Origin: Laetmonice hystrix
Lineage: Eukaryota
NCBI GenBank assembly: GCA_965235115.1
Contig: OZ249436.1
Location: 54,686,001-54,750,000 of the forward strand
Direction: 5' to 3'
Length of the DNA stretch: 64,000 nt
The notes under the pieces are model-generated. The model worked only from the letters and a program-made list of their open reading frames with translations. It made no database searches and was not told the origin of the DNA. A program made the position numbers and the translations under genes. This document shows, piece after piece, positions 25,838-48,604 of the stretch; within the stretch, counting starts at the first letter, position 1; every line of letters starts with the position of its first letter.

Positions 25838-28800
25838 GTCTCCTCCCCCCTCCCGCTCGACTGCCGGGACATCCCCGCCCCCTTGTCTCCTCCCCCCTCC
25901 CGCTCGACTGCCGGGACATCCCCGCCCCCTTGTCTCCTCCCCTCTCCCGCTCGACTGCCGGGACATCCCCGCCCCCTTGTCTCCTCCCCCCTCCCGCTCG
26001 ACTGCCGGGACATCCCCGCCCCCTTGTCTCCTCCCCCCTCCCGCTCGACTGCCGGGACATCCCCGCCCCCTTGCCTCCTCCCCCCCTCCCGCTCGACTGC
26101 CGGGACATCCCCGCCCGCCCTTGTCTCCTCCCCCCTCCCGCTCGACTGCCGGGACATCCCCGCCCGCCCTTGTCTCCTCCCCCCTCCTGCTCGACTGCCG
26201 GGACATGCCCGCCGACCCTTGCCTCCTCCCCCTCCCGCTCGACTGCCGGGACATCCCCGCCCACCCTTGCCTCCTCCCCCTCCCGCTCGACTGCCGGGAC
26301 ATCCCCGCCGACCCTTGCCTCCTCCCCCCCGCTCGACTGCCGGGACATCCCCGCCCGCCCTTGTCTCCTCCCCCCTCCCGCTCGACTGCCGGGACATCCC
26401 CGCCCGCCCTTGTCTCCTCCCCCCTCCCGCTCGACTGCCGGGACATCCCCGCCCACCCTTGCCTCCTCCCCCCCGCTCGACTGCCGGGACATCCCCGCCC
26501 GCCCTTGTCTCCTCCCCCTCCCGCTCGACTGCCGGGACATCCCCGCCCGCCCTTGTCTCCTCCCCCCTCCCGCTCGACTGCCGGGACATCCCCGCCCGCC
26601 CTTGTCTCCTCCCCCCTCCCGCTCGACTGCCGGGACATCTCCGCCGACCCTTGCCTCCTCCCCCTCCCGCTCGACTGCCGGGACATCCCCGCCCGCCCTT
26701 GTCTCCTCCCCCCTCCCGCTCGACTGCCGGGACATGCCCGCCCGCCCTTGCCTCCTCCCCCTCCTGCTCGACTGCCGGGACATCCCCGCCCCTTGCCTCC
26801 TCCCCCCTCCCGCTCGACTGCCGGGACATGCCCGCCCGCCCTTGCCTCCTCCCCCTCCTGCTCGACTGCCGGGACATCCCCGCCCCTTGCCTCCTCCCCC
26901 CTCCTGCTCGACTGCCGGGACATCCCCGCCCGCCCTTGTCTCCTCCCCCCTCCCGCTCGACTGCCGGGACATCCCCGCCCGCCCTTGTCTCCTCCCCCCT
27001 CCCGCTCGACTGCCGGGACATCCCCGCCCACCCTTGCCTCCTCCCCCCTCCCGCTCGACTGCCGGGACATCCCCGCCCGCCCTTGCCTCCTCCCCCTCCT
27101 GCTCGACTGCCGGGACATCCCCGCCCCTTGCCTCCTCCCCCTCCCGCTCGACTGCCGGGACATCCCCGCCCCTTGCCTCCTCCCCCTCCTGCTCGACTGC
27201 CGGGACATCCCCGCCCCTTGCCTCCTCCCCCTCCCGCTCGACTGCCGGGACATCCCCGCCCACCCTTGCCTCCTCCCCCCTCCCGCTCGACTGCCGGGAC
27301 ATCCCCGCCCACCCTTGCCTCCTCCCCCCTCCCGCTCGACTGCCGGGACATCCCCGCCCCCTTGCCTCCTCCCCCCTCCCGCTCGACTGCCGGGACATCC
27401 CCGCCCCCTTGCCTCCTCCCCCCTCCCGCTCGACTGCCGGGACATCCCCGCCCGCCCTTGTCTCCTCCCCCCTCCCGCTCGACTGCCGGGACATCCCCGC
27501 CCGCCCTTGCCTCCTCCCCCTCCCGCTCGACTGCCGGGACATCCCCGCCCACCCTTGTCTCCTCCCCCTCCCGCTCGACTGCCGGGACATCCCCGCCCCC
27601 TTGCCTCCTCCCCCCTCCCGCTCGACTGCCGGGACATCCCCGCCCCCTTGCCTCCTCCCCCCTCCCGCTCGACTGCCGGGACATCCCCGCCCGCCCTTGT
27701 CTCCTCCCCCCTCCCGCTCGACTGCCGGGACATCCCCGCCCGCCCTTGTCTCCTCCCCCCTCCCGCTCGGCTGCCGGGACATCCCCGCCCGCCCTTGTCT
27801 CCTCCCCCCTCCCGCTCGACATCCCCGCCGGCCCTTGCCTCCTCCCCCCTCCCGCTCGACTGCCGGGACATCCCCGCCCGCCCTTGTCTCCTCCCCCCTC
27901 CCGCTCGACTGCCGGGACATCCCCGCCCGCCCTTGCCTCCTCCCCCTCCCGCTCGACTGCCGGGACATCCCCGCCCACCCTTGTCTCCTCCCCCCTCCCG
28001 CTCGACTGCCGGGACATCCCCGCCCCCTTGCCTCCTCCCCCCTCCCGCTCGACTGCCGGGACATCCCCGCCCCCTTGCCTCCTCCCCCCTCCCGCTCGAC
28101 TGCCGGGACATCCCCGCCCGCCCTTGTCTCCTCCCCCCTCCCGCTCGACTGCCGGGACATCCCCGCCCGCCCTTGTCTCCTCCCCCCTCCCGCTCGACTG
28201 CCGGGACATCCCCGCCCGCCCTTGTCTCCTCCCCCCTCCCGCTCGACTGCCGGGACATCCCCGCCCACCCTTGCCTCCTCCCCCCCGCTCGACTGCCGGG
28301 ACATCCCCGCCCGCCCTTGTCTCCTCCCCCTCCCGCTCGACTGCCGGGACATCCCCGCCCGCCCTTGTCTCCTCCCCCCTCCCGCTCGACTGCCGGGACA
28401 TCCCCGCCCGCCCTTGTCTCCTCCCCCCTCCCGCTCGACTGCCGGGACATCCCCGCCCGCCCTTGTCTCCTCCCCCCTCCCGCTCGACATCCCCGCCCGC
28501 CCTTGCCTCCTCCCCCCTCCCGCTCGACATCCCCGCCCGCCCTTGTCTCCTCCCCCCTCCCGCTCGACATCCCCGCCCGCCCTTGCCTCCTCCCCCCTCC
28601 CGCTCGACTGCCGGGACATCCCCGCCCCCTTGCCTCCTCCCCCCTCCCGCTCGACTGCCGGGACATCCCCGCCCCCTTGCCTCCTCCCCCCTCCCGCTCG
28701 ACTGCCGGGACATCCCCGCCCACCCTTGTCTCCTCCCCCCTCCCGCTCGACTGCCGGGACATCCCCGCCCGCCCTTGTCTCCTCCCCCCTCCCGCTCGAC

Positions 28801-29320
28801 TGCCGGGACATCCCCGCCCGCCCTTGTCTCCTCCCCCCTCCCGCTCGACATCCCCGCCCGCCCTTGCCTCCTCCCCCCTCCCGCTCGACTGCCGGGACAT
28901 CCCCGCCCCCTTGCCTCCTCCCCCCTCCCGCTCGACTGCCGGGACATCCCCGCCCGCCCGTCGCCGGTATTCCATAGCCATATGTGTGCCTGTGTCTGAT
29001 TGGCTGTATGATAATGGGGGGTCCAGAACTAATGTGGGGAAAAAAATTCGCTGCCGGGCCATGCCCGCCCGCCCTTGCCTCCCCCCCCCTCCCGCTCGAC
29101 TGCCGGGACATCCCCGCCCGCCCTTGCCTCCCCCCCCCCCCCTCCCGCTCGACTGCCGGGACATGCCCGCCCGCCCTTGCCTCCTCCACCTCCCGCTCCA
29201 CTGCCGGGACATCCCCGCCTCCTTGCCTCCTCCCCAATCCTGCCCGACTGCCAGGACATCCTGACCCAACTTTGCCTCCTCCCCGTCCTACCCGACTCCC
29301 AGGACAACCCCGCCCACCCT
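25838..29320. repeat. GC-rich minisatellite, unit mostly ~45-48 bp, roughly 65-70 copies
   Basis: Unit CCCGCTCGACTGCCGGGACATCCCCGCCCGCCCTTG(T/C)CTCCTCCCCCCT. Homogeneous to ~28960, then a ~90-bp spacer, then degenerate copies to ~29320. Confidence 0.97.
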
Positions 29321-29928
29321 GGCTGCCACAACGGCCAGGCCAAGCAAAAACCCGTGGCGCTGACGACGTCCATTCAATGTGAATGCCAGCTTCTTCATTT
29401 TTGCGATTGTCATTGCGTAAATCGGCCGTAATCGGGAACTACGCACATTGTCCTAATTTTGGTCAACTCCCGATTCGTTTTTCAAATGACGTCTTTATTA
29501 CTTTATCTCGTTATTACCACTTTATGACGTCACTAAGTCGTTATTACGAAATCACCACAAAATGTTTTCTCTGAAATGAACGCGATTAACTCGTAATAAC
29601 AGCTGGTATGACTAAACACCGAAACGGACACTACAAAGAAACATGGGACCTAGATATACCTTATGGACCCACAATGGGACTGCCTTGGTCCAGGCAGGGA
29701 CCGAATTGTTTTTTTAATGAAGATTTTCCATGCCGGTTGTGAAACACCACCCGTAGTAAGTGCTGTGTGAAATGGTACCTGTTTGATCCGTGTGTGAAAG
29801 GAATGGCAAACAGGACTGTTTTCAAGATATTTGAGGAAGATGACGAACCATATTTTTTATTAGGCCTATATATTTTTAATATTCTTGAAGAAACTGAAAG
29901 ATGTGTGTGAATCTTATGTTTGACATAG

Positions 29929-31167
29929 TCAGTAGATGAAATGTTTTGGGTTTTTGCTGTTGGATCGTATAGAGGAAATCATTCCGATGTGTGTTAACAG
30001 ATTAGGTTCCACAAGAAGTCTCCGGTATTTTCTTGACTTAATAAAAGAATCCATGGCAAGATCTACGGCAAAGTCATTTCTGCATGTGACATTTTGTAGA
30101 TAGCGGATGATATCTTTTGCCATACTTGATGGATAGAGTATACCCTGAGTGCAGCAGTCGGGTGCTGGAACAGTAATTAACAATTGCCAAGCTGTCCATC
30201 GTAAGTCCAGTACGTATTGTCGCCCAATCAGTACTGCTAACAGTATAAAGTATAAGGCACCAAGGAGATAAGTTAACGTCCTCATGACAGGAAATACTCC
30301 AGCGGTACGATTTCTCTTCCTCCCAGTCGCCCAGTGAAAGCAGAGATCAAAGAGGAAACCACCAAGAGAACCAATAGATAGAAGTTCAAGGACGTGTCTG
30401 GGGTCCTTTCCATAACCCTGCCACTTTTGAGGGTAATAGAGTTTGAGGAAGGCTAAGAGGCGAGAGTCTGCCTTGTACATATTTTCTTTCAACCAAGGCT
30501 TCTTTAGGTGATGCTGAAGAACACGGAATGTCTCAGGGTTAGGTATGACATCATCTTCCAAAATAACTACATACTTAGGTTGATGTCTTAAAGCTTCTTG
30601 GAGGCAGAATACATAGTCTTGTTTTTCTTTTTCAAACTTATTGCTAGACTTCTGTATTGGACCAGTTTGATTTGAATATCGCACATGGTATGGGACGTAT
30701 CTGGAAAGACGTATGGCTTCCTTGTGGGACTCTGGACTTTGATATGTGTTGCACATGAAAAGATATCTGTTTGGGAAGACGTTAGAGCCATTGTCTGCCT
30801 TGTAGATCTGAATAAGTTTCGTCACAGTCTGGGTGAGGTACTGGAGGCGAAACTTAGGGTGTTCTCTAGGTACTGTAACAACACCCACCGCGATGTCCAG
30901 AGGTGTTTGCTCTAACGCCCTCTGAAACATGGTGAGAGTTTCTTTAGCATCGAGACCACTCAGATAGTGTTCAGCTTCCTCGAGGCGATCATGATTCAAC
31001 TTCACTGCTCGCATTGTGAGAATGTCTGTAGGCCACTTGGACTCTGAGAAGTAGAATGAGTATCCCCAATCGTTGCATGCGTATGGCAGAATAACTCCAA
31101 ACGTGACCGCAAAGAGGATGACGCCAGGTGTCGCAGGCCAGCGCAAAAATCGCCATCTCGGTCTCAT
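29929..31167 (-). CDS. PGAP4: Post-GPI attachment to proteins factor 4 (TMEM246)-like GPI N-acetylgalactosaminyltransferase, single coding exon
   Basis: 412-aa ORF with an N-terminal TM anchor, EKEKQDY..CL, ILEDD, LKLYYPQKWQGY, a tandem TM insertion, PAPDCCTQ..YP and EPNLLTHIG..S. A splice acceptor (TTTGTTTCAG) lies 20 nt upstream of the ATG. Confidence 0.88.
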   Translation of the reverse strand: MRPRWRFLRWPATPGVILFAVTFGVILPYACNDWGYSFYFSESKWPTDILTMRAVKLNHDRLEEAEHYLSGLDAKETLTMFQRALEQTPLDIAVGVVTVPREHPKFRLQYLTQTVTKLIQIYKADNGSNVFPNRYLFMCNTYQSPESHKEAIRLSRYVPYHVRYSNQTGPIQKSSNKFEKEKQDYVFCLQEALRHQPKYVVILEDDVIPNPETFRVLQHHLKKPWLKENMYKADSRLLAFLKLYYPQKWQGYGKDPRHVLELLSIGSLGGFLFDLCFHWATGRKRNRTAGVFPVMRTLTYLLGALYFILLAVLIGRQYVLDLRWTAWQLLITVPAPDCCTQGILYPSSMAKDIIRYLQNVTCRNDFAVDLAMDSFIKSRKYRRLLVEPNLLTHIGMISSIRSNSKNPKHFIY

Positions 31168-31842
31168 AATCTGCTGTGCCGTGGGCCCTGAAACAAAGAT
31201 ATTGAATATCTGTTACCGTCAAGTGATCAAAATACCTCCGTCTCAACAGATGTCTTACACAGAGAAGGTGTTGGGGAGGGGGAACCAGATCCAACTCAAC
31301 GGCGTACTGTTAGAATGGCCGTGGGTAGTTCAAGAGTTGGTGTAACTTAAGTCGCCTTGTGCTCTCCGCCCCCAGTTAACTTGATGTATAATTGACCTGC
31401 CTGACTTTATCACCACGGTATTGTAATAACCTCAAAGGTCTCTACATACGGAGAACTTAACTGCCTGTGCTTTTGGTTCTGGTGATTGAGAAAACGACTG
31501 TTTAGCTCTGTCGAGGTGCGCAGAGTGAGCTACGTGCTGGCTTGCAAATCTTTCCTTGTGTAAATGCAACTATTGCATAATAGGTTTTGAATGAGTGTTG
31601 AAATGATCCTATATAGGGCCTACATGTATGTACGTTATTTGGTCAGGGTTCTCCAAAGGCATTTAATCCGAGCCTGGCCTCTGTGTTCCATTTCGTTGTT
31701 TAGAGCTGTCTGTCGTATTATGATTTAAAAATCTAAATTCTGCTTTCAGTACTCATTCCAGTATAACATTCTTTTTTTTTTTATAAATGGCATTTATAAT
31801 ATATTGTACTTTTTCTCAGGAGGGGAATCCTGCATTGCTGTC

Positions 31843-42640
<10,798 letters not shown>

Positions 42641-43642
42641 ACAACGGCAGCGCTGCGAACCAGGACCACGAGGACGTGTACCTTGACTGGAATAAACAAT
42701 ACGGTAGTTGGGGTAAATAAAGAACGGCAGGGCTGGGAACCAGGATCACGAGGACGTGTACCTTGATTGGAATAAACAATACGGTAGTTGGGGTAAATAA
42801 ACAACGGCAGCGCTGGGAACCAGGATCACGAGGACGTGTACCTTGATTGGAATAAACAATACGGTAGTTGGGGTAAATAAACAACGGCAGGGCTGGGAAC
42901 CAGGATCACGTGTACCTTGAGTGGAATAAACAATACGGTAGTTGAGGTAAATAAAGAACGGCAGGGCTGGGAACCAGGATCACGTGGATGTGTACCTTGA
43001 TTGGAATAAACAATACGGTAGTTGGGGTAAATAAACAACGGCAGGGCTGGGAACCAGGACCACGAGGATGTCTACCTTGATTGGAATAAACATGCTTATT
43101 TTTCTTCAGTAAAACTGAAGCTGAAGCTATTTCGTTCCAGTGAGTTGATTCGCAAGAGTATTTTTATTCATACACAAAGTTGATATTTTAACCTGTTTTT
43201 CTGTTTTTCTTGTCAGCGGAGAAGGCCAAGTGTGGGGCAATTTTTCGGCCCCTTACACTTTCTCTGCCACCTTCCTTTTTCGCACACCTCTTCATTATGT
43301 CCTGGAAAGGGGGGGGGGGGGGGTGGTTACACTCCGATCTTCCCCCAGGCCGTAACGGGCTCATAATAAGGCTTCGTATGTAATACAGGAAGTGTGATCA
43401 ACTCCCAGAAAACTCACTTCATAATAATTACAGGCCTATATGTTCGACTAGTACATGGTATAAACCTGGCTATAATATGACGTAAAGCTCCTTTAGGGCG
43501 ATCCTTCTAATATTCTTGTCAAACAAGAATTAATTCTTTCCAGACAGGTCAATTGTTTGGTAGGTGCTATACGGCAGATATGCTATTCCGTTTTTTGGGC
43601 CACTAAGTATAGGCACGTCTTGACTTGAAAGAATAAAATGTT

Positions 43643-43764
43643 TGTCAGAAGTGGGATTTAAACCCACGCCCACATACGTGGACTAGAACACCCAAATACC
43701 TATGAATTTATAGGGAAGGCATTAACCTTGAGTCTGGCGCCATAGATCACTTGGCCATCCTGAC
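43643..43764 (-). pseudogene. tRNA-Leu(CAA) with intron, degenerate (probable pseudogene)
   Basis: Minus strand reads GTCAGGATGGCCAAGTGATCTATGGCGCCAGACTCAAG-[~37-nt intron]-GTTCTAGTCC...GCGTGGGTTTAAATCCCACTTCTGACA. The A box and B box (TTTAAAT instead of TTCGAAT) are mutated. Confidence 0.8.
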
Positions 43765-44032
43765 ATTTCATGTGTATTTATTTTTCAGATCACGGTATAT
43801 TTTAAGGCCTCTATACACCATTATCAGCTATACTTCAATAACCTAATAAAAAAATATATATTAGGGGGGGGGGGGCTATATAAGGTATTGCTGATTTATT
43901 TAGGATTTCAACCATTTTGTTCCCATTCCTTTACCAGGCAAAGAAAATGGTTTAGACCTGCTCAGTTTCACTGATTGAAAGGATTTACCGTTCGCTCATG
44001 TGTATGATATAAACCCCTCCAAAGCCCTTGAC

Positions 44033-45448
44033 GGGTGTATAAAACGAAGACCGAAGACCTAAGACCTGTAAAAAACAAAGACCTATAAAACGAAGACCCT
44101 ACCAGGTAAAAAACAAAGACCTATAAAACGAAGACCCTATCAGGTAAAAAACAAAGACCCTGGCCAAAAAAACCGGAACGAATGCTACTATTGGTTTCAT
44201 ATTTTCTGGCCGTCCTCTCACAACCAAAAGGACCATTTAGGCAGAGTATGGCCATAATCGGTGCAGTGGTTATGACTATTTGCATTGGTGTTCTCTATCA
44301 GTGGACCAATATACTGAGAAAACATTACCATAGTAACGCAAAATAGACATGCGATGCTTAATCACAACCAAATTTTACCCAACGTTACAGAGGAGCGTTA
44401 TATACTACACCTACCAATTGCAATTCAATCGGATTAGTATGTTCTGAGATATTTGAAATTGAAGAGGTATAAAACGAAGACCCTACCAGGTAAAAAACAA
44501 AGACCCTGGCCAAAAAAACGGGAACGAATGCTACTATTGGTTTCATATTTTCTGGTCGTCCTCTCACAACCAAAAGGACCATTTAGGCAGAGTATGGCCA
44601 TAATCGGTGCAGTGGTTATGACTATTTGCATTGGTGTTCTCTATCAGTGGACCAATATACTGAGAAAACATTACCATAGTAATGCAAAATAGACATGCGA
44701 TGCTTGATCACAACCAAATTTTACCCAACGTTAGAGAGGAGCGTTATATACTACACCTACCAATTGCAGTTCAATCGGATTAGTATGTTCTGAGATATTT
44801 GAAATTGAAAAGGTATAAAACGAAGACCCTACCAGGTAAAAAACAAAGACCCTGGCCAAAAAAACGGGAACGAATGCTACTATTGGTTTCATATTTTCTG
44901 GTCGTCCTCTCACAACCAAAAGGACCATTTAGGCAGAGTATGGCCATAATCGGTGCAGTGGTTATGACTATTTGCATTGGTGTTCTCTATCAGTGGACCA
45001 ATATACTGAGAAAACATTACCATAGTAATGCAAAATAGACATGCGATGCTTGATCACAACCAAATTTTACCCAACGTTAGAGAGGAGCGTTATATACTAC
45101 ACCTACCAATTGCAGTTCAATCGGATTAGTATGTTCTGAGATATTTGAAATTGAAAAGGTATAAAACGAAGACCCTACCAGGTAAAAAACAAAGACCCTG
45201 GCCAAAAAAACGGGAACGAATGCTACTATTGGTTTCATATTTTCTGGTCGTCCTCCCACAACCAAAAGGACCATTTAGGCAGAGTATGGCAGAGGTTTGT
45301 AGGGTCTTCGTTTTATAGGTCTTTGTTTTTTACCTGGTAGGGTCTTCGTTTATATAGGTCTTTGTTTTTTACTTGGTAAGGTCTTCGTTTTATAGGTCTT
45401 TGTTTTTTTACAGGTCTTAGGTCTTCGGTCTTCGTTTTATACACACCC
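44033..45448. mobile_element. Foldback-like TIR element with modular TIRs and an internal 346-bp tandem array (~3.4 copies)
   Basis: Left end GGGTGTATAAAACGAAGACCGAAGACCTAAGACC is the inverse of the right end GGTCTTAGGTCTTCGGTCTTCGTTTTATACACACCC. Internal units start at about 44125, 44471, 44817 and 45163. Confidence 0.88.
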
Positions 45449-45684
45449 ATAGAGTCTATAGGCTACGGGTGGTCATAGAAAGGCAACGTTGTCCGGTCCA
45501 GAGGAGCCCTTCTGGATCTTCTCCCGCTAGCAAATATGATTCATAGGCGTATTATTCTCACAGACTGACTCCACAACATCTATGTATTTGCCTTTTTGTT
45601 TGTCAGTTCCACTTTGTATGTATTAATTAGAATTTCCACGACATTTTGTGTGTGCGTTTTATTTGTAGCTTTTAACGGTAAGGA

Positions 45685-45757
45685 GCCCGGTTAGCTCAGT
45701 CGGTAGAGCATCAGACTTTTAATCTGAGGGTCGCGGGTTCGAGTCCCTCATCGGGCG
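45685..45757 (+). tRNA. tRNA-Lys (anticodon TTT)
   Basis: GCCCGGTTAGCTCAGTCGGTAGAGCATCAGACTTTTAATCTGAGGGTCGCGGGTTCGAGTCCCTCATCGGGCG, 73 nt, with intact A and B boxes and an immediate poly-T Pol III terminator. There is one mismatch in the T stem. Confidence 0.93.
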
Positions 45758-47811
45758 TTTTTTTTTTTTTTTTTTTAAATGACAACGTTTTGCTGGTGTT
45801 TGATATTGCTATTGGAAAGCAGGGTAAAGTAATGTTTTTCTCAACGTTAATACTATTGTCATGGCGACTTTCACTGTCGAGTATGGAGGGGGTAGATTTT
45901 ATATAGGGAAGGTCACTATTATCTAGATAATAGTGACCGGGGAGGTTATAATTATCTAGATGATACCTACCGGGGGGTAGGTATTATAATAAAATTATAT
46001 GGAGGGTAGGTATTAGATGTCACACCGGCAGTGCGCTTTTGGACACAGATTCTCCTTTTTGGCGCGACGGAGTAAATACCGCTATTGACTTGATACTTTA
46101 ACATACTATAACGAGAACATATCGAAGTTAGAGTCACAGATATTTCACTGAATTATGATATACAGTTTTTTAGATATTGAAGCTGGAAGTTGGGGACTTT
46201 TTTTTATCCACCCAATATGACACGTCATAAAGCTGGTGATACTTACGTGTGCTGTAGTGGACTGTACTGAAATGGAGGCGCCTAACCTATCTTTGGTTTC
46301 AATGTATAAAACATCACACGAATTCTAAGGTCAGCAATTAAATTGCTTATCACTAGTGCATGGGGATGTGTTTTGAAACGCCCTTCTACCGATGTTTTCT
46401 AAAAAAAAGCCCAGTCTATCTCAAATTCGCCCTCGTTCAGCCATGCGCTTCCAAGTTTGTGAACTTTACCTTCATGGCGGGACAATATTGCGAACTTATA
46501 ATATATGGAGTTATGCCTAATGGGAACTATTAATGGATAGGACTTGCTGAACGTTAAGATAACAGACTGTTGCTCTCTTCATCATATATAAACTCGTTTC
46601 TGTGGATAAAATACGCATCAAAATAAAGCTCCCTGGACTATCTGCGTCTTGTGTTAAGTGTTTATCACGTCTTGTAATATATAACTGCGAACACGTTTGT
46701 GACCTGAGGTAATTTAATGGTTATAGGTTACTGAATCAGTAGACCGAATACAGAAAGCACTTCTTGCACCTAGAATATGACAAGGCATACCAAGAATGTT
46801 TGCACGGCCATCTTACCCATCATCGACTGTTCGCCAAGAGGTAGAGGTAAAGATTGGAATTGCTTCCATGGTCCGCGCGTTCTCTGGATTTGTCTCAAAC
46901 TGCACATTTACAGAAGGTTCTAGAAAGAAGGATCCACAAAGATGCCTGCTGCAGCTCTGGTTCAGCTGGAAGAGCGATTGATGGCTCAGTGGAATGTTTG
47001 GTCGGGAACATCATCCGACGCCTCTTTCTCGGGATGCAGACAGGACTGAATGAATTCATTGTACACCCGACCCTACTGAGATGGTTAGGGAAAGCTTGGC
47101 TCCAACTAGCCGAAATATCATAACATGCCTTCTAACATTAGGCTTCGGTCGTGATTATGTACTATAAGCGTGATGAATGGGTGATAAATTATCTGCACTA
47201 ATTCAACACAATTATGCGATTTTGTAAAGTAGCGTTAGCCGATTTCTCCGATATAGAAACGACTTGAGGATTATGTCTCTGATTCTTCGGGTAAGGCAGG
47301 TTTCGTTTCCCGTGCACTTCATAATTTAGTGGTTGGCAGTGTAACACCGTGGCGGCACGTTTTATGCCCTTCTTTGACCTGTGGAGGAGTAGATCTATTC
47401 ATTCAGCAACGAGTTTTTCACCTTCTTAATATAAAAACCGAACATCATCGCTTTAGTTTTGTTTTCTTCGATATTTCTTTATGTACCCGACAGCAATTGG
47501 CAATGGTCTATAGTTGCATCGCGACAAAAATATTAAAAAAAGAGAAAATTCTGAAAAAAAGGCCATTTCATCGCACCACTCTATTGTTATAACGGTCACT
47601 ATTGTACTAATTATTAGAATAATAATAATTATTACGATAGCGGGGGCGAATGCGCGGCAAACTTAACCACTAGGCCTATTGTAATTGCGGGCGCGAACAC
47701 ACCACCTTTTTCATATGAGAGGACAGGAAATGGAAAGTTTGCGTGGCCTAATCGATGTCACGAAAGTATACTGTGGCGATATTGCGTGCAGCAGTTATGG
47801 TTATTCAGTTC

Positions 47812-48036
47812 AGCTGCTTTCACATGCACACGGTGTGCGGCGTGCGGCGTGCGGCGTGCGTAAGCTGCTTTCACATGCACACGGTATGCGGCGTGCGGCA
47901 TGCGGCTTTGCAAAAATGGAACAACTGAAAATCGATATAACCGTTCACATACCCCCGGTTTGCGGTGTGCGGCGATTTTCATTGGTTACATTATTTGCAT
48001 GCCGCATGCCGCAGCCGTATGCATGTGAAAGCAGCT
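47812..48036. mobile_element. Second, diverged copy of the MITE found in gag, with a duplicated left TIR
   Basis: AGCTGCTTTCACATGCAC at 47812 and 47863, and the end GCATGTGAAAGCAGCT at 48036. The internal sequence (GCAAAAATGGAACAACTGAAAAT...) matches 3589-3786 in the opposite orientation. Confidence 0.88.
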
Positions 48037-48175
48037 TTAGGCACCGTGAATGGAGACCATAGGTCTTACAACCCATGTCAAGCGTGGTATAATGACAGTC
48101 AAATGTTGGACCAGTTTTCCCATCAATACGTTAAGTATCTTCAAAGAAAGCCCATTCTCTTTAGATAGACGTTAC

Positions 48176-48372
48176 GTCACCACTGTGACGATTCTATTCT
48201 TCATTGCTGCCTGTTGATCCGGGTTAAAAGAGTTACTGTGAAACACATATATGAGTGGCACTCTGTAGTCGGGCACGTTTTTACGAGATGGAGTCCATGG
48301 ACCCGAGGAACACAAGTTCCGATCAAATCACTAAATATACATCGCCATGATGCAACTGATCCCTGAAAAGTG
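48176..48372 (-). pseudogene. Decayed partial duplicate of the neighbouring membrane-protein exon
   Basis: Aligns by eye with 48947-49197, sharing GTGACGATTCTATTCTTCATTGCT, TTACTGTGAAACAC, GATGGAGTCCAT, GACCCGAGGAA and CCCTGAAAAGTG, with several deletions. Confidence 0.8.
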
Positions 48373-48604
48373 AACGATTTTATATCATAGAAGTATCAGC
48401 TTACAGTTTCGGAAGTCATTCGGTTACAGTTATACAAAACTGCCAATGTGATATAATACTTAACCCTCGAACAGCTCTGTGGCGAAGGCCAAGGCTGATA
48501 TCGGCTTCAGTGACTACTTTACCATCCATGCTATCATATTAAACAATATATCAGTTCCTTTTTCTGTAGCGCTATATGCATCTATATACATTATTATATA
48601 GTGC

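Noticed and set aside
25713..29431. Six ORFs over 1000 aa (Pro-rich or Gly/Arg-rich)
   Set aside because: All six frames are open only because the minisatellite unit lacks stops. Unit lengths vary without preserving frame, so there is no coding signal.
44385..45274. Repeated 65-79 aa ORFs
   Set aside because: They are by-products of the 346-bp internal array of the foldback element.
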